Below are positions 1 to 10,440 of a stretch of DNA of 64,000 nucleotides, piece by piece (the first letter of the stretch is position 1; each line of letters begins with the position of its first letter). A program made the position numbers and the translations under genes. The notes beneath the pieces were generated by a model. That model was not told where the DNA came from and did no database searches. It worked only from the letters and a program-made list of their open reading frames with translations. This DNA is from Heteronotia binoei (taxonomy: Eukaryota): contig NC_083235.1 in assembly GCF_032191835.1 (NCBI RefSeq), positions 23,994,001 through 24,058,000 on the forward strand, written 5' to 3'.

Positions 1-81
1 AGTGGTTAAAGTGTTGGACAGGGATCTTCACTCGGCCATGGAAGCTTGCTGGGTGACCTTTGGCTACTCATATAACCTTAG

Positions 82-216
82 NNNNNNNNNNNNNNNNNNN
101 NNNNNNNNNNNNNNNNNNNNNNNNNNNNNNNNNNNNNNNNNNNNNNNNNNNNNNNNNNNNNNNNNNNNNNNNNNNNNNNNNNNNNNNNNNNNNNNNNNNN
201 NNNNNNNNNNNNNNNN
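82..216. other. Assembly gap (N run)
   Basis: Run of N. Confidence 0.99.
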
Positions 217-1075
217 TTATACCCCACCCTTCTCTCTGAATCAAAGACTCAGAGCAGCTTATAATCTCCTTTACCTGCCTCTCCCACAACAGACACCCTG
301 TGAGGTGGGTGGAGCTGAGAGGGCTCTTACAGCAGCTGCCCTTTCAGGTACAATTCCTACAAGAGCTATGGCTGACCCAAGGCTTTTCCAGCAGCTGTAA
401 GTGGAGGAGAGAGGAATCAAACCCGGTTCTCCCAGATAAGAGTTCACACACCTAACCACTACACCAAACTGGCTCTCTGGTAAGCAGCTTTGGGGCCCCA
501 TTTAGTGTTGCCAGCACTTTTTTTTGAGCAGGAACACAGTTCTGGCTGGCTTGCAATCCGGGTGTGGTCTAATATGCAAATGAGTTCCGGATGGGATTTT
601 TCTACAAAAAAGCTCTGAGTGTTGCCAACCTCCAGGTGACACCTGGAGATCTCCTGCTATTACCACTGATTGCTGGGTGACCAAAATAATTTCCCCAGGA
701 GATAATAGCTGCTTCAAAGGGGGGAGCATTATACACTGCTGAGGTTCCTCCTCTTCCCAAACCCGATCCCTCCCCACACTCTGCCGCCCCCCAAATCTCC
801 AGGTATTTCCCAACTTGGAGCTGGCAACTCTATCGCCATTGAGGAGAAAGATGGGGTATAAATAAATAAAAGATGAACAGTTAGGCCAATTCTTTTATTA
901 CTATACATTCATGGTAACAGCAAGCCAAGTGATTTGCTATGATATTTCATTTAAATCATGGTCATATTTGCGGGGGGGGGGGGTGATGGAATCTTTTTCC
1001 GGGGGCCCATGGTGGCTCCCAGCAGCCCTGTTCCTCCATGAGCCAGTTTCTCAAGTCCCATCCCACACTTACATA

Positions 1076-2072
1076 CAGGGCTTTTTTTTGTAGCCGGAAC
1101 TCCTTTGCGCATTAGGCCGCAAACTCCTGATGTAGCCAATCCTCCTGGAGCTTACAGTAGGCCCCAGATGCACCTCTAATGCCATTTTAAGACAGGAAGC
1201 TGGCCTCCCTAAAGCAGAGTTAAAAACACGGAAACTTGCAATTTGCTTTTGGTTAAGAGTTCACTTAAAGCCGAAGGGCCTAATCCCATTTTTTTCTTGC
1301 AGCAGACCCCTATCCTTTCTGGTCTGCTAAGATTATTGGAAAAAATCAGATCGACTGGGCTAAAATCCAGAAGAACTTTTTGGCAGGGGTCTGAATGAAG
1401 CAAAAGCTCTGGTATTTTGGAGACTGAAGTGACATTGAGCTCCAAAATGATAAAGCACTGCTCCCCGCAAATTATTCCAGATTAAAATCATGACCAGATT
1501 ATACACCTGCCCCCTTATCTATCGAATATAACATATGCGAGACATAGATGGGCTTTCTCAAGGTCTCGCCTTGACGTTTTTCCATCTGCAGTATTAGCTG
1601 GTAGGTTCTCCCATCTACCAATGCAGACATGATGTTGTCTTAGTTCAGCAAAAGTAGTTGAAAGGGTCTCACATATCCTTTTCCACTGTAAACTATCAGG
1701 AGGAAAGATTGCGTCTTATTACCCCACTTTTATCTAAATTCAAACCCTTGGAGTTGTATATAAATTTTAAAACTGAGGTACTTCAGAAATTTTTATTGGA
1801 AGATATACAACGCTCAATAACTCAGGCAGTAGCAAAATTTTGTTACATTGTAATTTGTAAGAGGAAATATTTGGAAGAGCCTTGGTTTCGTCAACTGTAC
1901 TCTTATGAGTTGTCTTGTTGTCTTCCTTTATTGCTGTTCTGGTCTTTGACTGAAATAAATATTGATTGAGTAGGCCCTGTCCTAAGAGCCCTGTAAGCTC
2001 TTAGAGGATCGGCTACCTCAGGAGGTGTGAGTCCTAATATGCAAAGGAGTTCCTGCTACAAAGAAAGCCCTG
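1076..2072. mobile_element. Palindromic hAT-type MITE (CAGGGCTTTTT...AAAGCCCTG) interrupted by a LINE fragment
   Basis: Perfect 8-bp TSD cttacata (1068-1075, 2073-2080); the two halves are split by the insert at 1165-1968. Confidence 0.85.
1165..1968 (+). mobile_element. 5'-truncated LINE 3' fragment (degenerate ORF2 C-terminus; R4/Dong- or RTE-X-like)
   Basis: 9-bp TSD agtaggccc; remnant ...RWAFSRSRLDVFPSAVLAGRF...VERVSHILFHC; AATAAA followed by an ATTG-type tail. Confidence 0.65.
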
Positions 2073-2282
2073 CTTACATAAGAAAGCAAATCGTAACACA
2101 TGGTAAATACTCCTATAAAGATTCTCTTAAGTTGTATACAGTGTTACTAATCACAGTGACACATAACTGCCAGGTAAAAACAGAATGTACATTCATTCAC
2201 ATTATTGCAAAGCAAACTTCTGCATGGTGTAGACCAAAAAAAAAATCATTAATTACATGGTCAACCCCCACTCCAGCTTTAA

Positions 2283-2570
2283 AAAGGTAAAGGTAGTCCC
2301 CTGTGCAAGCACCAGTCGTTTTCGACTTTGGGGTGACGTTGCTTTCACATCGTTTTCACGACAGATTTTTTACAGGGTGGTTTGCCATTGCCTTCCCCAG
2401 TCATCTACACTTTCCCCCCAGCAAGCTGGGTCCTCATTTTACCGACCTCAGAAGGATGGGAGGCTGAGTCAACCCGGAGCTGGCTACCTGAACCAGCTTT
2501 TGCTGGGATCGAACTCAGGTCGTGAGCACAGGGCTCTGACTGCAGTACGGTAGCTTTACCACTCTGCGCA
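2283..2570 (-). mobile_element. Sauria-SINE-like element; further copies at about 4709-5004(+), 16322-16508(-), 19436-19722(+), 26934-27218(-), 34759-35055(-), 45799-46097(+), 51880-52171(-), 56549-56846(-)
   Basis: Shared ~290-bp sequence with tRNA-like head (gcagagtggtaaagctgcagtactgcag...gagttcgatccc) and (acctt)n tail. Confidence 0.85.
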
Positions 2571-2832
2571 TAGCATAGTCAAGTCTCTTCCTCCTCCTTT
2601 GAGTCTGTTGCATCCTTCTCTCCCCCTTTGCTCTTCTTCCTCTTGTCCATCACAGGATCCGATTTGCCTGAGAAACAGCTCGTTCCAAAATAGTGCGAGG
2701 AGAAGCTAAATATGGGTCTTGCGGAATCCTTAATTCTGGGCGGCAGAACGGAGCTTTTTCAACACCAGCCGGTTTGCGTACATCCTTGTGCCTAGCTGCC
2801 CCCAGGGGATAGGTGAAAGCACCAGTATCTAT

Positions 2833-2838
2833 TTTATT
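2833..2838 (-). terminator. Candidate STAT6 polyadenylation signal AATAAA
   Basis: First AATAAA seen on the minus strand after the stop, about 375 nt downstream (tttatt on + strand). Confidence 0.45.
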
Positions 2839-3213
2839 TTACAAAATATCCTGCCTCTCTGCCCTCACGAGGGCAGCCGAGCCAGAGAACAGCCTGAGTC
2901 TGTGGATCCTGAGAAAAAAACCCTCCTCGTAATCTAGGCTGCTGCTGAAGGGTGAAAATCCCCTCCCAGTGTGTCACATCCGAAACCCTACCATACACCA
3001 CACCCCTTTCTGACAGGTCGCTTCTCGAGAGGAGCACAGGCAAAGCGCAAAGCATCTGAGGCCACAATCCCGCTTCCCTTTCTGGGACAAAGTGCATTCT
3101 AGTTCCTCTGGCTCAGTTGGAAAAAAATGGCCAAATGTATCCGTTGTCAGTTGGTCACGCCGTCCATTAAGGTCCATAGAAAGTCCTTCCAAAAATATGA
3201 GGTGTGAAGATTA

Positions 3214-3331
3214 TCAACAGAGGTTGGTCAGGGTAGGTCCGGAACTGTGGGAAGAGTGAAGCAGAAGTGGCTGGTGCTGGATCAGTTGCTCCAGCTCGTA
3301 GATGGAGGGCGCAGGCAAGTTCTCAGAGGCT
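3214..3331 (-). CDS. STAT6: STAT6 terminal coding exon with LxxLL-like motif
   Basis: [38 protein letters not shown]; acceptor tttacctccctag; phase fits; LEQLI and QPLL echo human LTKLL...QPLL. Confidence 0.75.
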
Positions 3332-5264
3332 CTAGGGAGGTAAAGAGAAGCTGGGTAGACGCAATGCTAAGGCCCTCATGACGGTCCAGGGATCCCTCTT
3401 TCCTGCCACGGTTCCTCTGCCCTGAAATGTTCTGCAACTGGTCACCTTCCAGTGTGTTTCCCATTAATCCACCCTCTTTAAGAACACAAGAAGAACCCTG
3501 CTGGATGAGACTAGTTGTCCATCTTGTCCAGCTCACACAGTGACCAACCTGTTCCTCCGGAGGGCCAACAACAGGGCACAGAGGCCGAGGCCTTCCCCTC
3601 ATAAGAACATAAGAAGAGCCCTGCTGGATCAGACCAATAGTTCACCTAATCCAGCGTCCTGTCTAACATAGTGGCCAACCAGTTCCTCTCTATGGCTGTC
3701 AACAGGGCATAGAGGCTATGGCCTTCCCCTGATGCTGCCTCCTGGCTCCGGGATTCAGAGGTTTAGTGCCTCAGTCACCATGGCTAGCAGCCAGTGATAG
3801 TCCTATCTGCCCACCTTGGCTCCTCCTCAAATCGCACACTACCCAGCCCTACTACTACAGGTCTCAAAGCATCGCCATGGATTTATCTCCTCATCTCTCT
3901 CTCCCCTTAATGCCCCCTTTTAGTTCACTTTGCGAAATTAGTCACATGACCCCTGCAATATCCCACTGTGCCTCATCCCACAACCGCCAACTGCAATTAA
4001 CTGTAAAACATATTGCCCATGTAAATAAAGCCAGTTTCTGATTGGCTATTGTGGCTCCCAGCTGAGAAACTCCAGGAAACTTGTATCTCTGAAAGCGCTA
4101 GGGGTTGCTAACTGACATTTCTCACTCCCTTCTCAAAACGGCATTTTTCTGACTTTGGAGATCAGGGGGATATTTAAACCTCCGAAAAATGCACAGAGTA
4201 GATGAATGTTCAGTTGAAGCACAGCAGTGAAATTTTCATCTACAACTGGCAGTTGAAGGAAGGAATCTGCTCTGTCCCACCAGCTCGCCCCCTTCAAAAA
4301 CTCTCGCCACACTCACAATGGATCCAGCGCCATGTGGTAATCCATGACTCCGTGGCAGTTTAAGTCAGGCAGGCAGATATCCATCTCTGACTCCTGAAGC
4401 AAGAGGTGTGAATCAACCGAGTCGAGGGGCAAAGTGTTTCCTTGAGACATCCAATTGATCTCAGGAGGAGGAGGCAAACTGGATGGACAAAGAAGACTGA
4501 GTCAGAAGAGGCACCAAGAATAGAGAATTCTAGTTAAGATCAATACCTGGTCGGCTAAGGGGATGAAAACAATGCCCAGGGCCTTTCTCCTCTTCCATAG
4601 CAGTAGATCTGATCTTTTGCATGCTGGAATAACCAGCTCAGATTACAAAGCTGTATCCAAGAAGCGTTACGCTAAACACAATGGAAATTATATATATATA
4701 TATATATGAGAGCTCCATGGTGTAGAGTTTTAAAGCTGCAGTACTGCAGTTCTAAGCTCTGCTAACGACCTGAGTTCGATCCCAGTGGAAGCTGGGTTCA
4801 GGTAGCCAGCTCAAGGTTGACTCAGCCTTCCATCCTTCCGAGGTCAGTAAAATGAGTCCCCAGCTTGCTGGGGGGAAAAGCGTAGATGACTGGGGAAGGC
4901 AATGGCAAACCACGCCGTAAAAAGTCTGCTGTGAAAATGCTGTGAAAGCAACGTCATCCCAGAGCCAGAAACAACTAGTGCTTGCACAGGGGACTACCTT
5001 TTCCTATATATATATACATACATATATGTGTGTGTGTGTATATTCCATTGTATTTATCCTAATGCTTCTTAACTACATATAGTAGCAGGAACTCTTTTGC
5101 ATATTAGGCCACACACTCCTGAAGTAGCCAATCCTCCTGGAGCTTACAGGGCTCTTAGTACAGGGCCTATTGAAAGTTCCAAGAGGACTGGCTACATCAG
5201 GGGGGTGGCTACATCAGGGGCCTGTGGCCTAATATGCAAAGGAGTTCCTGCCACAAAAAAAGCC

Positions 5265-5310
<46 letters not shown>

Positions 5311-8300
5311 CATAATTCATACCAAGGGAAAGCAATACAAGTGGCATATTCATAATTCATACCAAGGGAAAGCAATACAAGTGGCATATTTTCACACAGG
5401 GAGGAGCTTATGTGATTTCACCACTGCTGGTGCAGCTGTTGATAAACATTAGGGCTTCAACATGGCAAGGTTTCCTTAATTTCCCTGCCCCAGTCCCTCC
5501 GCATCGGCCAAACCCCCCTCCCCAAAGAAAGCAAGGCTTTTGCTTTTTTTTTAAATGATCACTAGAATATCATTATTAATATACTATTGTAATAACAAAC
5601 ATACCATGTCCTCCAAATTCCCAGCTTCCATTTAAAAAGTAAATCTGTAGCCCCTTCCATTGTGGAGATATGCCTTTCTCCTTATATCTCTGCAATGAAA
5701 GGGACAGAGATTTACTTTTTGAAAAAAACGTGCGAGGGGAGCCAGGAACCTCCTGAGTTCCTTGGAAGAAGAGCAGTATAAAAATGCATGGGCAGAAAAA
5801 AAGGGCAAAAAAGAGGTGCAATTGCTGTTCAGAAGTCATTGGAAAGATGCAACCACAGATCTTCCTGTATCTCATCTGTTTTGATCCTGGCTTAAATGCA
5901 ACCACAAAGAAGAAGAAGAAGAATTGCAGATTTATACCCCACTCTTCTCCCTGAATCAGAGACTCAGAACGGCTTACAATCTCCTATGTCTTCTCCCCCA
6001 ACAACAGACACCCTGTGAGGTGGGTGGGGCTGAGAGGGCTCTCACAGCAGCTGCCCTTTCAAGGACAACTCCTGCCATAGCTGTGGCTAACCCAAGGCCA
6101 TTCCAGCAGCTGTAGGAGGAGTGGGGAATCAAACCCGGTTCTCCCAGATACGAGTCCACACACGTAACCACTACACCAAAAGGCAGGGATTCTTACGTTT
6201 GCATTATCTGGTTTCCACAATTTGTGTTCATGGGAGAGAGCATGCTCCGGTGACTCGCTGCTTGCGGAAGTATCATCGGTGAAGGGCTGCGAGAAGGACA
6301 AAGCAAAGGCGACCATCAAAAATTTGCAAAAGGAAAAAGGACCAAAGTCGGAACCAGAAACGGACTGGGGGGAAATGCACCAAACTAGGGGTGTTGCAAG
6401 AAACAGTGCCACAGAAAGGAGCTAAGGACCACAGAAAGGAGCTAAGGCCACCACTACATCACTGAGAAATGGCAGGAAACCCAAATTCTTTTTGGTTTAC
6501 ATTAAAGTTGCTTTGCTAACTGCTCAAGTGTCAATTAAACGAATGCTGACCAGAATACTGGAGCATGGGAGCAGGTTTATTTCTTGGCAAGCCACTGGGT
6601 AAGAATAACATCTGCACATTTTGCTTTTTATCTCTTAAGGAGCTTGAGGTTGTTCTTTTAAAAAGATCAAAGCTGAGCATTCAGGAAATAAGCCCGAAGG
6701 AGAGGGAGAGAGTAGGCCATGCATGGAAGTCAAGGGGGGGAGGGCAGAGCATTCCCTGACAGATTTTAAGTTTCCTCTCCCACTTGGGACAACTCTGTAA
6801 ATGATGCGAGTTTCCATCAAGTAGGAGCCTCCTCGTCTCTATATGGCCCTTGTTTCTTTCCCTACTGGGAGTTCTAACTACACATTGGTGCCGCTCTGTT
6901 CTAAAACGATCATGCTGCTCTGTACCAAAAGCAACTACGTCTTATTTGTTATTCTTTATTTTTATGTTAGATTTATATCCCGCCCAATCTACAAAGACTC
7001 AAGGCGGCTAACAACATAAAATAAACAAAGGCAACATTAGTGAACAGTATTAAAACAATAAAACAGTAAAAGAATCAAATAAAATCACAATGGTGCTACT
7101 ACATCTATTATAGGCAGGATCATATAGTATCTTCCTCTCTTCAAAGCTGTCGAATCCTAGGCAGTTGGTACTAACGCAAGATAGGTCCAGGTGAGGTGGC
7201 AGCCCTCTCCCATGTAGATATTATATGCCATACAGAATAATCCAATCTTGCAGGCCCTGCGGAACTGTGGTAAGTCCCACAGGACCCTGATGGCTTCTGG
7301 GAGGGTGTTCCAGATTATTGGGGCTGCCACCGCAAAGGCTCTGGTGGAATTTAGCCTAGCCTCTTTTAGCCCAGAGACAACCAGAAGATTTTAGGAACTT
7401 GATCAAAGTGCTCTCTGGGGAACTGTAGCAGAAAAATAATGGGACAGCACTCAATTACTGGTATGAAGCAAGGTTTTTTTACTTTGACGCCAAAGCAGAG
7501 TCCACTGAAACGTAATTCCCCCTCAAAATACTTAACTGAATCATATAATACACAAACAGCCTTCTTTAAGCACAAATGCAAGCTAGCAGGCAGGCCCATG
7601 AGCTTATCTGATTGCAACATCTCCGCCCCCTCGCTCTCTTTCTGGTAAAATTCCATGGTTTGTCCCCTCACTCTATCTGCTACAGCCAGACGCCTTCAAT
7701 GAGGCTCCTGTCTCTTATCTAATACACATATTTGAATACACACCCATTGAAGCTGTCTGGCCTCTAATGGACAGTTACATCAGACACCCTAGTTTTAAAA
7801 AGTAAAAGCATGCTTTCATTCATTATTATAGAGGTATTAATTAATTATTCAGGGCCCCCCCTTCAGAACATGTGGGGCAAGGCGGTCCCGCAGACAGGTA
7901 GGTCCTAGGTCATATAGGGCTTTGAAGGTTAATACCAGGACCTTGAAACGAATTTGGTACACAACAGGCAGCCAGTGCTGTGCCCTCGGCACAGGCTGAA
8001 TGTGCTCCTGCCAAGGGAGCCCCATTAGTAGCCTGGCTGCAGCATTCTGCACCAGTTGCAGCTTCCGAATCTGAGTTAAGGGCAGCCCCATGCAGAGGCC
8101 ACCTAACTGGCCGACTCCTATACATCGGCCCTGTTCGCAACACATTTCTAGAACCTGGATATGGTAACAAGCATCTGGGGAGAGGAATTGCAACGAAAAA
8201 CATGATGGGTGGGAGGGAGAGCTAAGAATGCCGTCTGTGCTAATAGCACCCTTCCACTACCACTCTGCTAAGCAGCAGCACCGGTTTGAGGGTTTGGGGG

Positions 8301-10347
8301 GGGGCGGGGTCTATAGGTACAATGTTATGCACACTTGCTTGGGAATATGCCCCACTGAATTCATCTGCACTTCTTTCCAAAGTAATGCTCATTGGATTGG
8401 GTGGCAGCTCACCTATTTTGACTCTGTGACATCAGCAGTTCTTTCCCTTGAGCGCCTGCAGACTTAATGTGGGCACTAGTGGAACCTGTGGCCTGAAGAA
8501 CCATACCTTAATATTTAAAACTAGCAACTTGCTCAAGTTGTAGCCCATTAATGGACCATGATCTCTTTTTCTTTTTTGCCTATTTCCAAAAGCCGCCCTG
8601 AGCCATTCGTGGGAAGGGCGGGATATAAATCCCGAATAAATAAATAAATAAATAAATAAAGCCATAATCTTTGTTTTTTGGTAATTTATCTCCAGCTGTT
8701 GTCAAGTTCTGCACTGCCTGCTATAGCATCCAAAAGACTCATTTTACTGCTTCTCAGTTTTAAGATGTTCTGTTTCAACTTGTGTCTTGATGTAACTCTT
8801 ATTAACATATTAAGACAACTGTCTATCCTAAATACTTATAGCATAGATCTTATCCTTTGTGTTGAAGCTTTTAAATTCTTGTATTTTAATTGGTCTGTGA
8901 CCGTAAATAAACTGTCCGTCTGACTCTGAGGCTTTTGGCATTAGCAGAGAATTCCTCTTTAAATGACACTATGGGTGCGCATCTCCTCCTCTCTTTCCTT
9001 TTTTTTTGTGAGTAGTTCTCAGGAATCTTATATGTCCACTGTCAACTTCCATCATATCACCAGTTTTGGAATGGAGGGTACTTAGGAAACCATCCAAAGC
9101 TATGAGGGTCCAAACCAAAATGTTCTTCAGTGCTTTGCTGGCTATTCCAATCTGCTGATGTCCTAGAAATATTCAATGCAGACTTTTGTTTGCAGCCAGG
9201 CATGCCAATGAAATGGCATTCTTCACTTCTATGTCATGCCAACATGGACGCTTGATTTGTGAAGCAAATGAAAGATGCAAATGTCTCAGACAAACACATC
9301 ATACATTTGTGCTTTCGCTCTGAGGACTTTTTACAACAATGCCATCTTAAGCAGAGTAGACATACAACTCAGGATCACAGTGTAAAAGAACAGAAACGAC
9401 ACAACCACTGCAATTAATAGCTACTAAGGTTAACAATTAAGTTACATTACATATAGTCCTTGCATATTAAGAAGAAAAAGACTGCAGATTTATACCCCGC
9501 CCTTCTCTCTGAATCAGTCTCAGAGCAGCTTACAATCTCCTTTATCTTCTCCCCGCACAACAGACACCCTGTGAGGTGGGTGGGGCTGAGAGGGCTCTCA
9601 CAGCAGCTGCCCTTTCAAGGACAAGCTTTGCCAGAGCTATGGCTGATCCAAGGCCATTCCAGCAGGTGCAAGTGAAGGAGTGGGAATCAAAACTAGTTCT
9701 CCCAGATAAGAGTCCACACACTTCACCACTACACCAGACTGTTATCTAGATTAAATAGATAACATAGATAACGTTAATGTGACCCTGTAATGTAAGTTAA
9801 GAAAAGTCTTGCAATGTTGCTGAACAGCTTCTATAATGAATTGATGAGCATACAGATGTAAGCCTGTTTTCTGAGGAATCTTCCCTAGCAGATTTTCTTA
9901 ATAGATCTTCCTGTGCGGTTATTTCCTTAGAATGAACCATGAAGATTATTGCATAAAGGCTGAATGGAATTTAAATATTCTACAGGAACAAAAACTAAAC
10001 AATTTAGACTTGCCAATGATTTGTAACTCTGCATTTATATAGGAAGCAAGTCAGCCGTTTAATCTTTTCATACTAGGGTGCGAAGCCTTCTGCTCTAACA
10101 TTAGTTAACACAGTGCCCTCTAAACATACTAGTAACAAACTATAACTAACCCTGGTAATTCCATGCATCCGCACAGAGGTTTTTTTGTAGAAAAAGCCCA
10201 GCAGGAACTCATTAGTATGTGAGGCCACACCTCTGACATCACCAAAAGTACTATAATATCTTTTTTGAGGTGTGGTAACCAGAATAGTACTGTGTACAAT
10301 TCTGGTCACCACACCTCAAAAATATATTCTAGCATTGGAAAAAGTCC

Positions 10348-10440
<93 letters not shown>

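Noticed and set aside
7849-8193. 114-aa ORF considered as a host gene
   Set aside because: Matches the L2 LINE ORF2 C-terminal motif; annotated as a mobile element instead.
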